Positions 9,731-22,925 of a DNA stretch of 64,000 bases are shown here, piece after piece. The DNA comes from an uncultured Actinomycetes bacterium. GTDB lineage: Bacteria > Actinomycetota > Thermoleophilia > RBG-16-64-13. The stretch is from the NCBI GenBank assembly GCA_963706025.1, contig CAVPLM010000003.1, forward strand, positions 128,001-192,000. The letters are read 5' to 3'. Every line of letters starts with the position of its first letter. The first letter of the stretch is position 1. A program made the translations under genes and the position numbers. The notes beneath the pieces were generated by a model. It searched no databases. It saw only the letters and a list, made by a program, of their open reading frames with translations, and was not told where the DNA came from.

Positions 9731-10125
9731 GAGGATTGCCTACGTTCCTCTCCGGAGACGATCAGAGAGGCTTTGCGAAAGACCTCCAGCATCTTGGCCT
9801 CCACCGCGGCAAAGCCCCCGGTCTCGAGCAGTTCGACAATCGGCGTCCGGGCGATCAGAACGAAGTCCATGTTTCCCCTGAGAGATCGGCCGTTCGCACG
9901 GTAAGCCTCCCGTAAGACACGCTTGATGCGATTCCGGTCGACCGCTGTCCCCAGCCGCTTGGAAACGGAGAACCCGACTCGTGGCCCGACTACGACCTCC
10001 GCCGACCCGGGTGAAGAGCGCTCAAAATAGTATAGGACCAAGAACCTGTTGGCAACAGATCGGCCCGAGCGATAGACCCGGGCGAAGTCCTCAGACCTCG
10101 AAAGCCGGCCCCGGGACCGATCCAC
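9727..10125 (-). CDS. rnpA: Ribonuclease P protein component
   Basis: RVGFSVSKRLGTAVDRNRIKRVLRE (RNR motif). Confidence 0.95.
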   Translation of the reverse strand: MDRSRGRLSRSEDFARVYRSGRSVANRFLVLYYFERSSPGSAEVVVGPRVGFSVSKRLGTAVDRNRIKRVLREAYRANGRSLRGNMDFVLIARTPIVELLETGGFAAVEAKMLEVFRKASLIVSGEERRQSS

Positions 10126-10130
10126 ACCGG

Positions 10131-10265
10131 TCAGGCCGAAAGACGTTTGCGACCCTTGTCGCGCCGGCGCTTAAGCACCGCCCTGCCGGCGCGTGTGCTC
10201 ATGCGGGCCCGGAACCCGTGAGTCTTCTTGCGTTTTCGCTTGTTGGGCTGGTACGTCCTCTTCAC
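10131..10265 (-). CDS. rpmH: 50S ribosomal protein L34
   Basis: Below ORF-track cutoff; hand translation [44 protein letters not shown]. Confidence 0.97.
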   Translation of the reverse strand: MKRTYQPNKRKRKKTHGFRARMSTRAGRAVLKRRRDKGRKRLSA

Positions 10266-10395
10266 GTTTCCTCGCTTATAACTCTAGCGCCGCAGACACC
10301 GCAAGCCTGCGGGCACGCTGTCAAGACCGTCCGCCGAGCCACCTCGGGATCCGCTCCCGGGCACGCTCTTGAGAACCCTCCTGAGAAGGGGGCGA

Positions 10396-10424
10396 AGTAT
10401 ACAAGTCCGCTCTCTCCCCGTCAA
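10396..10424 (-). promoter_or_regulatory. Sigma-70-type promoter of the rpmH operon
   Basis: TTGACG-17 bp-TATACT on the minus strand. Confidence 0.75.
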
Positions 10425-11004
10425 TCACGGTCATCGCCAATCAGTGCGATGGGCGATCTGGGCCGGTGGGGGCACGCCCTAGGCCGCGAACGATCGGAGG
10501 ACTTCTCGGATACGGGCTCCGCAAGTGTCGATCCGCTCGCTTCGTCAACTTCCCGCCACAGGCGTACACAGGCAGCTGGGGATACTGTGGAAAACATGGG
10601 GTCTCAGCTTTTGTTTGTGCGAACGTCCTCGGCATACCTGTGGAACCAGCCCCGTATGGACCCGCTCTCAGCGCACGCCACAGAACCCTCTACCCCGTCT
10701 TGCGTGAGCCACTCTCGCACAATCTCCCGCAACCCGCGGCGTCGCCGACTTGACGCGGCCACGAGACGGGCCGCGTCGCCTCCCCGGGGTTTCCTATCGC
10801 CCTGCTCGCCCCGCACCGGAAGCACGTCCATAGCGGCTCCCTGGCGCGTCTATCGTCCTCGATACTACCCGCGACGCCTGAAAGGACTGTTGGGTGCAGC
10901 CCCCTGCCCCTGTGCGCGCCCCCGGCGGCAACCCTGGGCCATCTGGGGCCGAGGGACCTCCTCAAGGTGGCACTGCTCGCGCCGGGAGAAATCGACTTTC
11001 CCCA

Positions 11005-11210
11005 TTTTCAACAGAAAAGCTGGTCTATGCGGCCATCACGTTTCTCCTTTCTGCACTTTTTCCACACCTGTGGACATCCCTGTGGATAGACGGGCATTAG
11101 ATCCTGCAAAAGCCCCTTCTCCCCCCGAAGACATGGGCCCGTTCCGAGGCGCTTTCTTCAGCAAAGAATCGGAGATTCCGTACTTCTGTTCCCGGCAAGG
11201 CTGTGGAAAA
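11005..11210. promoter_or_regulatory. Upstream DnaA-box cluster
   Basis: TTTTCAACA 11005, TTTTCCACA 11058, TGTGGACAT 11069, TGTGGATAG 11081, TGTGGAAAA 11202 (another TGTGGAAAA at 10586); TACAAT -10 at 11227-11232. Confidence 0.75.
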
Positions 11211-11291
11211 TCACCCATTTGCTCGATACAATGGCGGAGCGTTTTCGGCACGTGCCGGACCTACCTCGCGCAGGAGACCGAACACCTCGTC

Positions 11292-12191
11292 ATGATGGTC
11301 GAACCGTCCCTTCAGACCTCCTCCCCGGCTGAACCGCCGGCAGTCGCCGTCGCTCCCATTCCAGACCCGATAGACGCCGTGGCAGATCGCTCCGACGATT
11401 ACCGCGACGACCTGCGGCGTATCGACAACCCGGGGTTCGACGATCCAGGAGGGACCCTTATCTCTGACCCTCGCGGGGAACCGCCACGCATAGCGGTGTA
11501 CGGCGAACCGAGCACTCCCCCCGTCGTGGTTCCGATCACCGACATCCCTTTGACCGATGGCCAGGTGCCCGCGCTGATCGAGGCTCTCACCAACCGAGCC
11601 TGCGATCGCGCCCGGGAGTTGGGAGGCCGGCTCCCCATCACGGTCTTTCGCGAATTGGTCGAGAACCTGGTCCATGCGTCGTTCGCCGGGGTGGTGATCA
11701 CCATCCTCGATCAGGGCAACACTCTGCGCGTCAGCGACAGGGGACCGGGGATCCCCGACAAGGAGGCCGCTTTGCGCCCAGGCTTCACCTCCGCGGACGT
11801 TGCTGCAAAGCGATTCATCCGAGGGGTCGGCTCCGGCTTCTCAGTGGTCAAAGAGACTCTGGCCGGACTGGACGGGGTCCTCGACATCGAGGACAACCTG
11901 GGTCGGGGCACGGTCGTCACTGCCCGGGTGAGCCCACTGCCCGACACGCCTCTCGCGCCCGCGGTGCTCCCGGCCTATAATCTCTCTGAGCGCCAGCTTA
12001 AGACCCTTCTGCTGACGGTGGAGCTTGCTCCGGTCGGTCCGACCCGGATCGCCCAGGAGTTGGGCGTGTCTACCTCGACCGCGTATCGAGATCTTGTCTC
12101 GTTGGAGGATGCCGGCTTTGTCACCTCTCAGGCGACCGGACACCGTTCGGTGACCGAGTCAGGATTGGCCTATTTGGACGTCGTGCTCTGA
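11292..12191 (+). CDS. GHKL (HATPase_c) ATP-binding protein with C-terminal winged HTH
   Basis: RELVENLVHA (N box), DRGPGI (G1), GFTS, GVGSG (G2), GTVV; TRIAQELGVSTSTAYRDLVSLEDAG HTH; start at ATG 11292 after AGGAG (3' part of ORF 9981..12191). Confidence 0.8.
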   Translation: MMVEPSLQTSSPAEPPAVAVAPIPDPIDAVADRSDDYRDDLRRIDNPGFDDPGGTLISDPRGEPPRIAVYGEPSTPPVVVPITDIPLTDGQVPALIEALTNRACDRARELGGRLPITVFRELVENLVHASFAGVVITILDQGNTLRVSDRGPGIPDKEAALRPGFTSADVAAKRFIRGVGSGFSVVKETLAGLDGVLDIEDNLGRGTVVTARVSPLPDTPLAPAVLPAYNLSERQLKTLLLTVELAPVGPTRIAQELGVSTSTAYRDLVSLEDAGFVTSQATGHRSVTESGLAYLDVVL

Positions 12192-12245
12192 AAAAGGCGT
12201 CGCTCCGCCCGGAGCCCGCTGGATCGCACAGATTGCTAGGGAGAG

Positions 12246-13769
12246 ATGATCGTGGACTCAAGGAGCGTAGATCCTATCTGGGAGGAAGCTCTCAGCATCA
12301 TCTCGCAGCAGATCAACGAGGGTACCTTCCGTATCTGGTTCGAACAGACGGTCGGTCTGGGGCTGATCGACGACACCTATGCCGTTGGGGTCGCCTCCGA
12401 TTTCGCCAAAGACTGGATCGAATCTCGTTTCCATGCTCTGATCGCGGACGCCGCCTCCCAGGTCGTCGGTCGACCGGTGCGTTGTGAGATCGTTGTCTCG
12501 CCCGACGTGTTCCGCACCGTCGCCCACGAGGAGGCTGCCTTCACTTCTTCCCATGAGCAGGCCCTCGGCCCGGACTTTGGGGCACCCCAGTATAGCCCTG
12601 GCGGTGCGTCGGCGGGCTTGTCCTCGCCGGCCCGCCGGCGAGGACAAGCCCGGTCCGCCTCCGCCACCGGCCAGGGCAGCGGCTCGCTCGGCACTCTTGC
12701 TCCACGATCTTCCGCGGGGGCGTTGACCGACGCTAACCCGGTGGCCTCCGGTCTCATCGACAAGTACACCTTCGACACGTTCGTCATAGGCCCGTCGAAC
12801 CGCTTCGCACACGCCGCTGCGCTGGCGGCCGCTGAGACTCCGGGCACCCAATACAACCCACTGTTCATTTACGGAGGAGTGGGCCTGGGCAAGACCCACC
12901 TTCTGCAGGCGATCGGCCAGTACGTCACTCATCACAGCCCTGGGCTACGGGTACGCTACGTCACTCTCGAGACGTTCACCAACGATTTCATCAACTCACT
13001 TCGCGACGACAGTATCGAAGGCTTCAAGAACAAGTACAGGACCATCGACGTCTTGTTGATCGACGACATCCAGTTCTTGCAGAAGAAGGAACAGACCCAG
13101 GAGGAGTTCTTCCACACGTTCAACACGCTCTACGACGCACAGAAGCAGATCGTCATCACGTCCGACAGACACCCCAAGGGCCTCGCCACATTGGAGGACC
13201 GACTCGTCTCGCGCTTCGAGTGGGGGCTGATTACCGACATCCAACCGCCCGACCTTGAGACACGAGTGGCCATCCTGCGTAAGAAAGTACACAGCGACGG
13301 CATTCCGCTTGCCGACGACGACGTCCTGATGCTCATCGCCTCACGAGTGCCCACCAATATCCGAGAGCTGGAGGGGTGCCTGACCCGGGTGGTCGCCTTT
13401 TCCTCTATCAACAAGCGTCCGATCGATGTCGATCTCGCTCATGAGGTGCTCAAGGATATCCCCGAGACGGCCTCCACGCGTGTCACCATCGACCTCATCC
13501 TTTCGATTGTAGCCGAGTCCACCGGTGTGTCAGTGACGGAGATCACGGGTGACAAGCGCTCTCGCCCAGTCGTAGAGAGCCGGCACTTGGCGATGTATCT
13601 CGCTCGGGAGCTCACCGACCTAAGCCTTCCAAAGATCGGGGATCGAATTGGGAACCGTGATCACACCACAGTCCTACACGCCGTGGAGAAGATCACAAAA
13701 CTCATGCAGCAGGACCGAGACCTGTACAACCGGGTTCAGCGATTGACCGCTAAGATCAAGAGCGCCTGA
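12246..13769 (+). CDS. dnaA: Chromosomal replication initiator DnaA
   Basis: [54 protein letters not shown]. Confidence 0.98.
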   Translation: MIVDSRSVDPIWEEALSIISQQINEGTFRIWFEQTVGLGLIDDTYAVGVASDFAKDWIESRFHALIADAASQVVGRPVRCEIVVSPDVFRTVAHEEAAFTSSHEQALGPDFGAPQYSPGGASAGLSSPARRRGQARSASATGQGSGSLGTLAPRSSAGALTDANPVASGLIDKYTFDTFVIGPSNRFAHAAALAAAETPGTQYNPLFIYGGVGLGKTHLLQAIGQYVTHHSPGLRVRYVTLETFTNDFINSLRDDSIEGFKNKYRTIDVLLIDDIQFLQKKEQTQEEFFHTFNTLYDAQKQIVITSDRHPKGLATLEDRLVSRFEWGLITDIQPPDLETRVAILRKKVHSDGIPLADDDVLMLIASRVPTNIRELEGCLTRVVAFSSINKRPIDVDLAHEVLKDIPETASTRVTIDLILSIVAESTGVSVTEITGDKRSRPVVESRHLAMYLARELTDLSLPKIGDRIGNRDHTTVLHAVEKITKLMQQDRDLYNRVQRLTAKIKSA

Positions 13770-14067
13770 TGGCGTCTCTTCCACAGTCACCTGTCTATAA
13801 CCTGAGTACACCTTGTGCAGAGAGACGGTCGCGCACGCCCCTTTTCTCTACCCTCCCAGAAAGCGCCGCTTCGTCCACCCTCCATCCCCAGGCAGAGCTG
13901 CGCTTCCCCATCGACCTTTCCCTGCTCCGAGCGTGGCTACCTCAGCTGTCAACATCTTCCACAGTACCTACTAAACCAGCTATATTTCTTTCTAGAGATC
14001 TTAATAATAGTAGGCACGATCTAAGCCGCATCTAGCCGACCTCCATCGACGTGACCTAGGAGCACCG
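13770..14067. other. oriC unwinding region (dnaA-dnaN intergenic)
   Basis: DnaA-box variants TCTTCCACA 13777, TGTCTATAA 13792, tandem CTGTCAACA/TCTTCCACA 13946-13963, followed by CTACTA trio-like bases and an AT-rich tract 13981-14012 in a GC-rich genome. Confidence 0.8.
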
Positions 14068-15171
14068 ATGAAAGTCATCACACAGAAGACGGCGCTTGTT
14101 GAGTGTTTGGGAATTGTCAACAAGGCGGTTTCCTCACGTAGTTCGATACAGGTGCTTTCCGGCGTGCTCGTCGAGGCCCGTGAAGAGGGGATCATGATGT
14201 CTGCCACCGACATGGAGATCTCCTTGAGAGCGCCGCTCGCGGGACACGTAGAACGGCCCGGGTCGTTAGTGGTCCCGGCTCGGATAGTCACGGACATCGC
14301 GCGCAGCTTGCCCGCAGGGGAGGTGACGATGGAGCAGCGCCCCGGAGAGACTCAAGTCGAGATCCACGCGGGAGAATCAATGTTCACCCTGCACTCACTG
14401 CCGGCGGTGGATTTTCCCCAACTTCCGAGTCTGGCCGGCGAGGGCTTCACAGTCAAGAAGCCCGCCTTCATCGAGACCGTCGATCGGGTGGCGCCCTCGG
14501 CATCCCGCGATGAGACCCGGCCCGTGCTTACGGGGGTGCTCATCCAGTTCGCCAAGAACTCCGTGCGCATGGTGGCCACTGATAGCTACCGCCTTAGCGT
14601 GAAAGAGACCCCCGTCGAGTCGTCGTTGACGGAGAAGCTGCAGTCCATCGTTCCCGCTCGGACTCTCCTCGAGCTGTCCCGCATCGCGTCCAGCGTAAGC
14701 GATGAGACCATCACCATCCTGCCCACGGAAAACCAGATACTCTTCCATGTCGGGGGTGTGTCCCTGATCTCCAGGTTGATCGACGGCCAGTTCCCCAACT
14801 ACAAGCAACTGATCCCCGAGACGTTCGACTACGAGGTGGCGGTCGACCACGATGAGCTGCTTGAGGCGGTCCGGCGCGTGGGACTACTCGCCCAGAAGAA
14901 CACCCCCCTGCGTCTGCGCTTCTCGAGCAACACCCTGACGGTGTCGGCGGAAGCCCAAGACGTGGGCAAAGCGCACGAAGCCATGCCCATCCAATACTCG
15001 GGAGACGATCTCGAGATAGGTTTCAACCCGGAGTTTCTCGAGGCCGGTGTGGCCGCTGTCAAGGAGTCTCCCGTCTATCTCAGGTTCATAAGTCCGCTGC
15101 GGCCTGGTCTGATCAAGGGAGCGGGTGACGACTTCATGTATCTGGTCATGCCCATTCGCTTGAACGACTAG
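14068..15171 (+). CDS. dnaN: DNA polymerase III beta clamp
   Basis: ATDMEI, SRDETRPVLTGV, VATDSYRL, SRLIDGQFPNY, YLVMPIR. Confidence 0.97.
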   Translation: MKVITQKTALVECLGIVNKAVSSRSSIQVLSGVLVEAREEGIMMSATDMEISLRAPLAGHVERPGSLVVPARIVTDIARSLPAGEVTMEQRPGETQVEIHAGESMFTLHSLPAVDFPQLPSLAGEGFTVKKPAFIETVDRVAPSASRDETRPVLTGVLIQFAKNSVRMVATDSYRLSVKETPVESSLTEKLQSIVPARTLLELSRIASSVSDETITILPTENQILFHVGGVSLISRLIDGQFPNYKQLIPETFDYEVAVDHDELLEAVRRVGLLAQKNTPLRLRFSSNTLTVSAEAQDVGKAHEAMPIQYSGDDLEIGFNPEFLEAGVAAVKESPVYLRFISPLRPGLIKGAGDDFMYLVMPIRLND

Positions 15172-15189
15172 AGCCCGGTTGCGCCGGCC

Positions 15190-15447
15190 GTGGCCGCTCC
15201 GACGCCCATAGCGGTCGACCTGCCCATCACTCTGGGCCAATTCGTCAAGCTGGCCGGGCTTGCGGCGACAGGGGGCGACGCCAAGAACCTGGTCACTTCC
15301 GGCTCGGTGCGGGTGAACGACGAGGTGGAGAAGCGCCGGGGACACAAGTTGGCTTCGGGCGACATCGTGCAGGTCGGGGAGCAGAGGGCGCAGGTACTCC
15401 TTGCACCCGCGTGCACGCGGCCGACGCGCTTCGGGGAGCGGACCTGA
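15190..15447 (+). CDS. yaaA: S4-domain RNA-binding protein (YaaA family)
   Basis: ITLGQFVKLAGLAATGGDAK...VNDEVEKRRGHKL; position between dnaN and recF. Confidence 0.88.
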   Translation: MAAPTPIAVDLPITLGQFVKLAGLAATGGDAKNLVTSGSVRVNDEVEKRRGHKLASGDIVQVGEQRAQVLLAPACTRPTRFGERT

Positions 15448-15452
15448 GCCTT

Positions 15453-16541
15453 GTGCTGCTGAGGAAAGTGCGGCTCACCAACGTCCGCTCCCGCCGGGCG
15501 CTCGAGGTGGGCTTGGGACCGGGTCTGACGATCCTGGTGGGACCGAACGGCGCCGGCAAGACCACGGTGCTGGAAGCCGCCGCCCTTGTGCTCGAGGGGT
15601 CGATGCTCAGGCCGGGGACTATTCGCGATCTGATCCGCCGGAGCGAGGATTTCCTCCGGGTGGAGGTCGAGTTGCTCGAGGCAGGGACGACCACCGTGGC
15701 TGCCGCCGCCCACTCCCGAGCGGGCGAGCGCCGTCTGACCGCCGATGGAGCTCCGCTGGACGACGCCTCCCGGTGGCAGGGTCTGCTGCCAATCCGCACT
15801 TTCGTCCCCGACGACTTGCGCCTCATCAAAGGCAGCCCTCGGAGGAGACGCGAATACCTGGACAGTCTGGCCGGACGCTGCGACCCTGCCTACCCCGGCA
15901 TCTTGCGCCGCTACGAGGAGGCGCTTTCTCAGCGGAACACACTACTCCGGGCCTTACGGGGCGGCGACCAAGACCGTCAATTCAGCCCCTGGGAGTCGAT
16001 CTTGGCGCAGACGGGACTAGCGGTATCCCGCGGCCGTGAAGCCGCGCTGGCCTCCTTCGTGGGCCTTTTCCAGCGCACACACGCCGATCTCACCGGCGAG
16101 GCCGTGGATGCCTTGCGGCTCGTGTACCGCACCAACGTCGCCGGACTGGACGAGACCGAATACCGATCGAGGCTTGCGCAGACCCGGGACGTCGATCGGC
16201 AACGCACCTATACTCACCTGGGGCCGCACCGCGACGATCTGAGATTGACGTGCCGCGACCTCGATGTCCGCGAATGTGCTTCTCAGGGCGAGCAGCGCGC
16301 AGCTCTCCTGGCCCTGGTGTTGGCGGAGTGGGACTACTCGTGCGGTCTTTCGCAGTGCTCGTCACAAAGGCCGTTGCTGTTGCTGGACGATGTCATGAGC
16401 GAACTGGACGAAGACCGCCGGAGGGCGCTGGTGGCCCTGCTGAGACGTGGCGGCCAGGCCGTGATCACCACCACCGAGCTTCGCTATTTCTCGCCTGAGG
16501 AATTGGCCGACGCCACAGTGGTGGAGCTCTCGCCGGAGTGA
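15453..16541 (+). CDS. recF: DNA replication/repair protein RecF
   Basis: GPNGAGKT, GPHRDDL, SQGEQR, LLLLDDVMSELD; start moved to GTG 15453. Confidence 0.93.
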   Translation: MLLRKVRLTNVRSRRALEVGLGPGLTILVGPNGAGKTTVLEAAALVLEGSMLRPGTIRDLIRRSEDFLRVEVELLEAGTTTVAAAAHSRAGERRLTADGAPLDDASRWQGLLPIRTFVPDDLRLIKGSPRRRREYLDSLAGRCDPAYPGILRRYEEALSQRNTLLRALRGGDQDRQFSPWESILAQTGLAVSRGREAALASFVGLFQRTHADLTGEAVDALRLVYRTNVAGLDETEYRSRLAQTRDVDRQRTYTHLGPHRDDLRLTCRDLDVRECASQGEQRAALLALVLAEWDYSCGLSQCSSQRPLLLLDDVMSELDEDRRRALVALLRRGGQAVITTTELRYFSPEELADATVVELSPE

Positions 16542-16545
16542 AGGC

Positions 16546-17064
16546 GTGACGAGAAAGCCTGCCGACTTCGAACGCTTGGGAGACCTCCTGAAAGACGCGC
16601 GCGCTCCGCTTGCCGGCGGTGCCGACACCAGGGACCCGGAGGCTGAGCAAGGCGGCGGAGACGAGAGCAGGAGCGCGGCCAGACTGTTGGCTCTGGTCTG
16701 GCCCGAGATAGTGGGCGAGGAGGTGGCCGCCAACGCCAGACCTGTCCAACTGAGGCAGGGCAGATTGGTGGTCAGCGCTTCCTCCGCCTCCTGGGCGCAG
16801 ACCCTCCAACTCATGGGTGACACGATCATCAATCGCTTGAATGAACGCCTCGGCGGGGGGGCCGTGGACAGGGTCGTGTTCCGTCACGCGGGCTGGGAGG
16901 AGAGCGGGGGCCGCACCCTTGCGGGACCGGGAAAGGGTGGACCGGCGACCCGTCCGACGGTGGAAGAGGAGGCTGCGGTCGCCGGGGTGAGAAAGCTGGG
17001 CCTCGAGCCGGAGCTGGAGGATTCGATCCTGCGAGCGCTGAGGGCCTCTTTCAGACGATCCTGA
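16546..17064 (+). CDS. DUF721/DciA family protein
   Basis: WPEIVGEEVAANARPVQLRQGRLVVSASSASWAQTL; position between recF and gyrB. Confidence 0.85.
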   Translation: MTRKPADFERLGDLLKDARAPLAGGADTRDPEAEQGGGDESRSAARLLALVWPEIVGEEVAANARPVQLRQGRLVVSASSASWAQTLQLMGDTIINRLNERLGGGAVDRVVFRHAGWEESGGRTLAGPGKGGPATRPTVEEEAAVAGVRKLGLEPELEDSILRALRASFRRS

Positions 17065-17141
17065 CGCCTGCGGGAGATCCGCGGAGAGCAGGATTTCGTA
17101 CGCTGACAGCGCATTTCTCAAGGTGGGGAAAGGGGTCGGTG

Positions 17142-17150
17142 TGGTATCAT
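17142..17150 (+). promoter_or_regulatory. Putative extended -10 promoter of gyrBA
   Basis: TG-G-TATCAT about 180 bp upstream of gyrB. Confidence 0.5.
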
Positions 17151-17309
17151 ATGAAAGGCAAAAACCGCACCCCCCATAGCGACAGGTCGGCCCTTTTTCC
17201 AGCCTCCCGGGAGCACTGCCATCGGCGGCGCGTGGGCGGGGGGTGCCGGTGCATGGATAGCCGCATGAGTAAGCCGCATGAGTAGCCGCGCGATGCGGCT
17301 GCGGGGTGA

Positions 17310-19421
<2,112 letters not shown>

Positions 19422-19424
19422 GCC

Positions 19425-22028
19425 GTGGAGACGCTGGAAGGCCGCATAGAGCAGATCGAGATCGCCGAGGAGATGCGGGCCTCGTATCTCGACTACGCGA
19501 TGAGCGTGATCGTGGGTCGGGCCCTGCCCGACGTCCGCGACGGCCTCAAGCCGGTTCACCGGCGGGTGCTCTTCGGTATGCACGACTCCGGTATGCAGCC
19601 CAACCGGCCCTACCGCAAATGCGCCCGCATCGTGGGGGACGTCATGGGTAACTTCCATCCCCACGGCGACCAGGCCATCTACGACGCTCTGGTCCGGATG
19701 GCCCAGGACTTCTCCATCCGCTACCCGCTGGTCGATGGCCACGGCAACTTCGGCTCGGTCGACGGCGACGCCGCCGCAGCCATGCGCTACACGGAGTGCC
19801 GGCTGGCCCGCATCGCCACGGAGATGCTGCGGGACATCGATGCAGAGACGGTCGACTGGACCCCCAACTACGATGAGAGCCGGGAAGAGCCCAAGGTCCT
19901 GCCCAGCCGTTTCCCCAACCTGCTGGTCAACGGCAGCTCGGGTATCGCCGTCGGCATGGCCACCAACGTGCCCCCGCACAACCTGCGCGAAGCCATCGCC
20001 GCCACGGTTGCTCTGATCGACGACCCGTCGCTCGCGAGCGGCGACCTCATGCGCTTCATCAAAGGGCCTGACTTCCCCACCGGCGGCTTGATCATGGGCA
20101 GTGCCGGCATTCGGGAGGGCTATGAGACCGGGCGCGGCCGAGTGGTGGTGCGCGCCCGCGCCCACTCCGAGCCGCTGAAACAGGGTAAGACCGCCATCAT
20201 AGTCACCGAACTGCCTTATCAGGTCAACAAGGCCCAGCTCATCGAGAAGATCGCCGAACTGGTGCGCGAGAAGAAGATCTCGGAGATCTCGGACCTGCGC
20301 GACGAGTCCGACCGCTCGGGCATGCGCGTCGTGATAGAGCTGAAGCGCGAGGCCATTCCGAAGGTGGTGCTCAACAAGCTTTTCAAGCACAGCGCGATGC
20401 AGTCGACGTTCGGGGTCAACATGCTCGCCCTGGTCGACGGCGTGCCCAAGACCCTGTCGCTCCGCGATATGCTCCGCCACTACATCGCCCACCAGAAGGA
20501 CGTCATCGTCCGTCGGACCCGATTCGAGCTCGACAAAGCCAAGAAGCGGGCCCACATCCTAGAGGGGCTGCTGGTGGCCATCGCCAATCTGGACGAGGTC
20601 ATCCGCATCATCCGCTCCAGCGAAGATACCGAGGCGGCCAAGCTGGGCCTGATAGGGCGGTTCGGCCTCAGCGAAGAGCAGGCTCAGGCCATCGTCGATC
20701 TGCGTCTTCGCAACCTCACCGCTCTCGAGCGACACAAGATCGAAGAGGAGCACCGCGATCTCATGGAGCGCATCGCCTACCTGGAGAGCCTGCTGGCGAG
20801 CGAGGCCATGATCTACGACGTCATCAAGGAGGAGCTCCTCGAGATCCGGCAGATGTACGGCGACGACCGCCGCACCGAGATCCTCCCCTCCGAGGACGAG
20901 ATCGACATCGAGGACATGATCGCGGTAGAGGAGATGGTCATCTCCATCACCGGCTCCGGCTACGTCAAGCGCCTGCCGGTCTCCACCTATCGTACGCAGC
21001 ACCGTGGCGGCATCGGCGTCATGGGCATGGACCTCAAAGAGGGCGACTACATCGAGCACCTCTTCATAACCACGACTCACCACTTCCTGCTTTTCATCAC
21101 CTCCCGGGGCAAGATCTATCGGCAGAAAGTGCACGAGCTACCTCTGGGGAGCCGGCAGAGCAAGGGGCGGCACGTGGCCAACCTGCTACCCCTGGCGCAA
21201 GGCGAGAAGATCAAGGCGGTCATCGCCACCAAGGACTACACCGACGCGAAGTACCTGGTGTTCGCCACCCAGAAGGGCATCGTGAAGAAGACCCGTTTCC
21301 TGGATTACGCCACCTCGCTGAAGGCCGACGGCATCATCGCCATCAACCTCGACGACGACGACGAGCTGGTGGCGGTACGGCACACCAGCGGGCACGACGA
21401 TCTCATCCTGGTGTCGAGCGACGGCAAGGCCATCCGTTTCCACGAATTTGACGTCCGCCCCACCGGGCGCAACACCATGGGCGTCCATGGCATGCGCATG
21501 CCCGAGGGACATGTTCTCGTGGGGATGGCGGTGGCCGAGGACGACGCCGACCTCTTCTGCGTCACCAGCGGGGGCTACGGCAAGCGCACTCCCGCCTCCA
21601 GCTATCCCGTCCACAAGCGGGGAGGCCAGGGGGTCATCACTATCAGAGACAGCCCCGACCGGGGCGACCTGGTTGGCGTGACCTCGGTGCGGAACAACCA
21701 CGAGCTCATGCTCATCAGCCAGGACGGCACCGTCATCCGGGTGCCGGTGGAGAGCGTGCGGACGACGGGCCGGAACACCATGGGCGTGCGGGTGATGAAC
21801 CTGCGCGGCGCCGACAAGGTCTCGAGTATGGCCCGGGTGGTCGCGACCTCCAATGGCAACGGGAACGGCGGTCACGGGGATGCGAGCGACGAGCATCCCG
21901 GTATCCACGCGGGAGACCTGGGCTCTGTCGACATCGACTATGGGAGCGACCTCGACGAGACCGACGCCGACTACGGAGACTACCTCGAAGAGACCGATCA
22001 GGGTCTGGACGGCGAGTCAGACGAGTAG
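19425..22028 (+). CDS. gyrA: DNA gyrase subunit A
   Basis: [25 protein letters not shown], GyrA box QHRGGIG, acidic tail. Confidence 0.98.
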   Translation: METLEGRIEQIEIAEEMRASYLDYAMSVIVGRALPDVRDGLKPVHRRVLFGMHDSGMQPNRPYRKCARIVGDVMGNFHPHGDQAIYDALVRMAQDFSIRYPLVDGHGNFGSVDGDAAAAMRYTECRLARIATEMLRDIDAETVDWTPNYDESREEPKVLPSRFPNLLVNGSSGIAVGMATNVPPHNLREAIAATVALIDDPSLASGDLMRFIKGPDFPTGGLIMGSAGIREGYETGRGRVVVRARAHSEPLKQGKTAIIVTELPYQVNKAQLIEKIAELVREKKISEISDLRDESDRSGMRVVIELKREAIPKVVLNKLFKHSAMQSTFGVNMLALVDGVPKTLSLRDMLRHYIAHQKDVIVRRTRFELDKAKKRAHILEGLLVAIANLDEVIRIIRSSEDTEAAKLGLIGRFGLSEEQAQAIVDLRLRNLTALERHKIEEEHRDLMERIAYLESLLASEAMIYDVIKEELLEIRQMYGDDRRTEILPSEDEIDIEDMIAVEEMVISITGSGYVKRLPVSTYRTQHRGGIGVMGMDLKEGDYIEHLFITTTHHFLLFITSRGKIYRQKVHELPLGSRQSKGRHVANLLPLAQGEKIKAVIATKDYTDAKYLVFATQKGIVKKTRFLDYATSLKADGIIAINLDDDDELVAVRHTSGHDDLILVSSDGKAIRFHEFDVRPTGRNTMGVHGMRMPEGHVLVGMAVAEDDADLFCVTSGGYGKRTPASSYPVHKRGGQGVITIRDSPDRGDLVGVTSVRNNHELMLISQDGTVIRVPVESVRTTGRNTMGVRVMNLRGADKVSSMARVVATSNGNGNGGHGDASDEHPGIHAGDLGSVDIDYGSDLDETDADYGDYLEETDQGLDGESDE

Positions 22029-22201
22029 GCTTGGCGCTCGGACGGATGGCGGCGCCCTGTCACGGCGGCGCTGACCTGAGGCCGGCACTTCGTGGCGGCG
22101 ACGCCCATCGGACGGCAGCGGGCTTCCGCGTTCGGGGCTTCTGCTATCATCCTCGGGGCGAAAAACGCTGGATTGCTCAGCATGAGCAAGGAGCATGATC
22201 G

Positions 22202-22879
22202 ATGGAGTTCTGGTACTGGTCGCTCATCCTGCTGGTGCCGGCGCTGGTCCTGGGCATCTACGCTCAAGTCAAAGTCAGCTCTAGCTTCAGCCACTATTCA
22301 CAGGTGCCATCCGCTCGGGGTCTTTCCGGGGCCCAGGCCGCTAGGGTGATGCTAGACTCCGCCGGTCTTGCCGACGTGGGCATCGAGGTGGCCGGTAGCC
22401 GCCTCTCCGATCACTACGACCCGCGTTCCCGCATGCTCACCCTGAGCCCCGAAGTAGGCAACAGCAACTCGCTCGCCGCCCTGGGTGTGGCCGCGCATGA
22501 AGCCGGCCACGCCATGCAGCATGCCGACGGCTACACCCCCTTCAGGCTCAGAAGCACGCTGGTGCCGGTGGCGAGAATAGGCAGCAATCTCGGGTTCATC
22601 CTCTTCCTGGTAGGCCTGCTTTTCTTCAGGAGCGGCATCATGATGAACATCGGCATCATCCTTTACGCGGGGGCTGTGCTGTTCACAGTGGTGACTCTGC
22701 CGGTGGAATTGAACGCCTCCAAACGGGCCATGACCCAACTCTCCGACAGGAACATCCTCGTCGCCGACGAACTCACGGGTGCGAAGAAGGTGCTGAGCGC
22801 GGCCGCGCTCACCTATGTGGCGGCTGCGCTTATGGCCGTCTTGCAGCTGGTGCGGCTCATTCTCATCAGTCGCAGGTAG
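22202..22879 (+). CDS. Membrane neutral zinc metallopeptidase (YugP/Zn_peptidase_2 family)
   Basis: LSDHYDP, AAHEAGHA, TLPVELNAS, AAALTYVA. Confidence 0.9.
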   Translation: MEFWYWSLILLVPALVLGIYAQVKVSSSFSHYSQVPSARGLSGAQAARVMLDSAGLADVGIEVAGSRLSDHYDPRSRMLTLSPEVGNSNSLAALGVAAHEAGHAMQHADGYTPFRLRSTLVPVARIGSNLGFILFLVGLLFFRSGIMMNIGIILYAGAVLFTVVTLPVELNASKRAMTQLSDRNILVADELTGAKKVLSAAALTYVAAALMAVLQLVRLILISRR

Positions 22880-22925
22880 CAGTCGGGGGTAATAGCCGAG
22901 AGGCAGTAGCTCGGAGGGAGGCACG

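Noticed and set aside
9981-11291. N-terminal 437 aa of the 736-aa ORF
   Set aside because: Runs antisense over rnpA/rpmH and through promoters and DnaA boxes; only the part from ATG 11292 is protein-like
17258-17300. AGCCGCATGAGTA direct repeat in the gyrB leader
   Set aside because: Only two full copies; fits the general micro-duplication tendency with no further support for function
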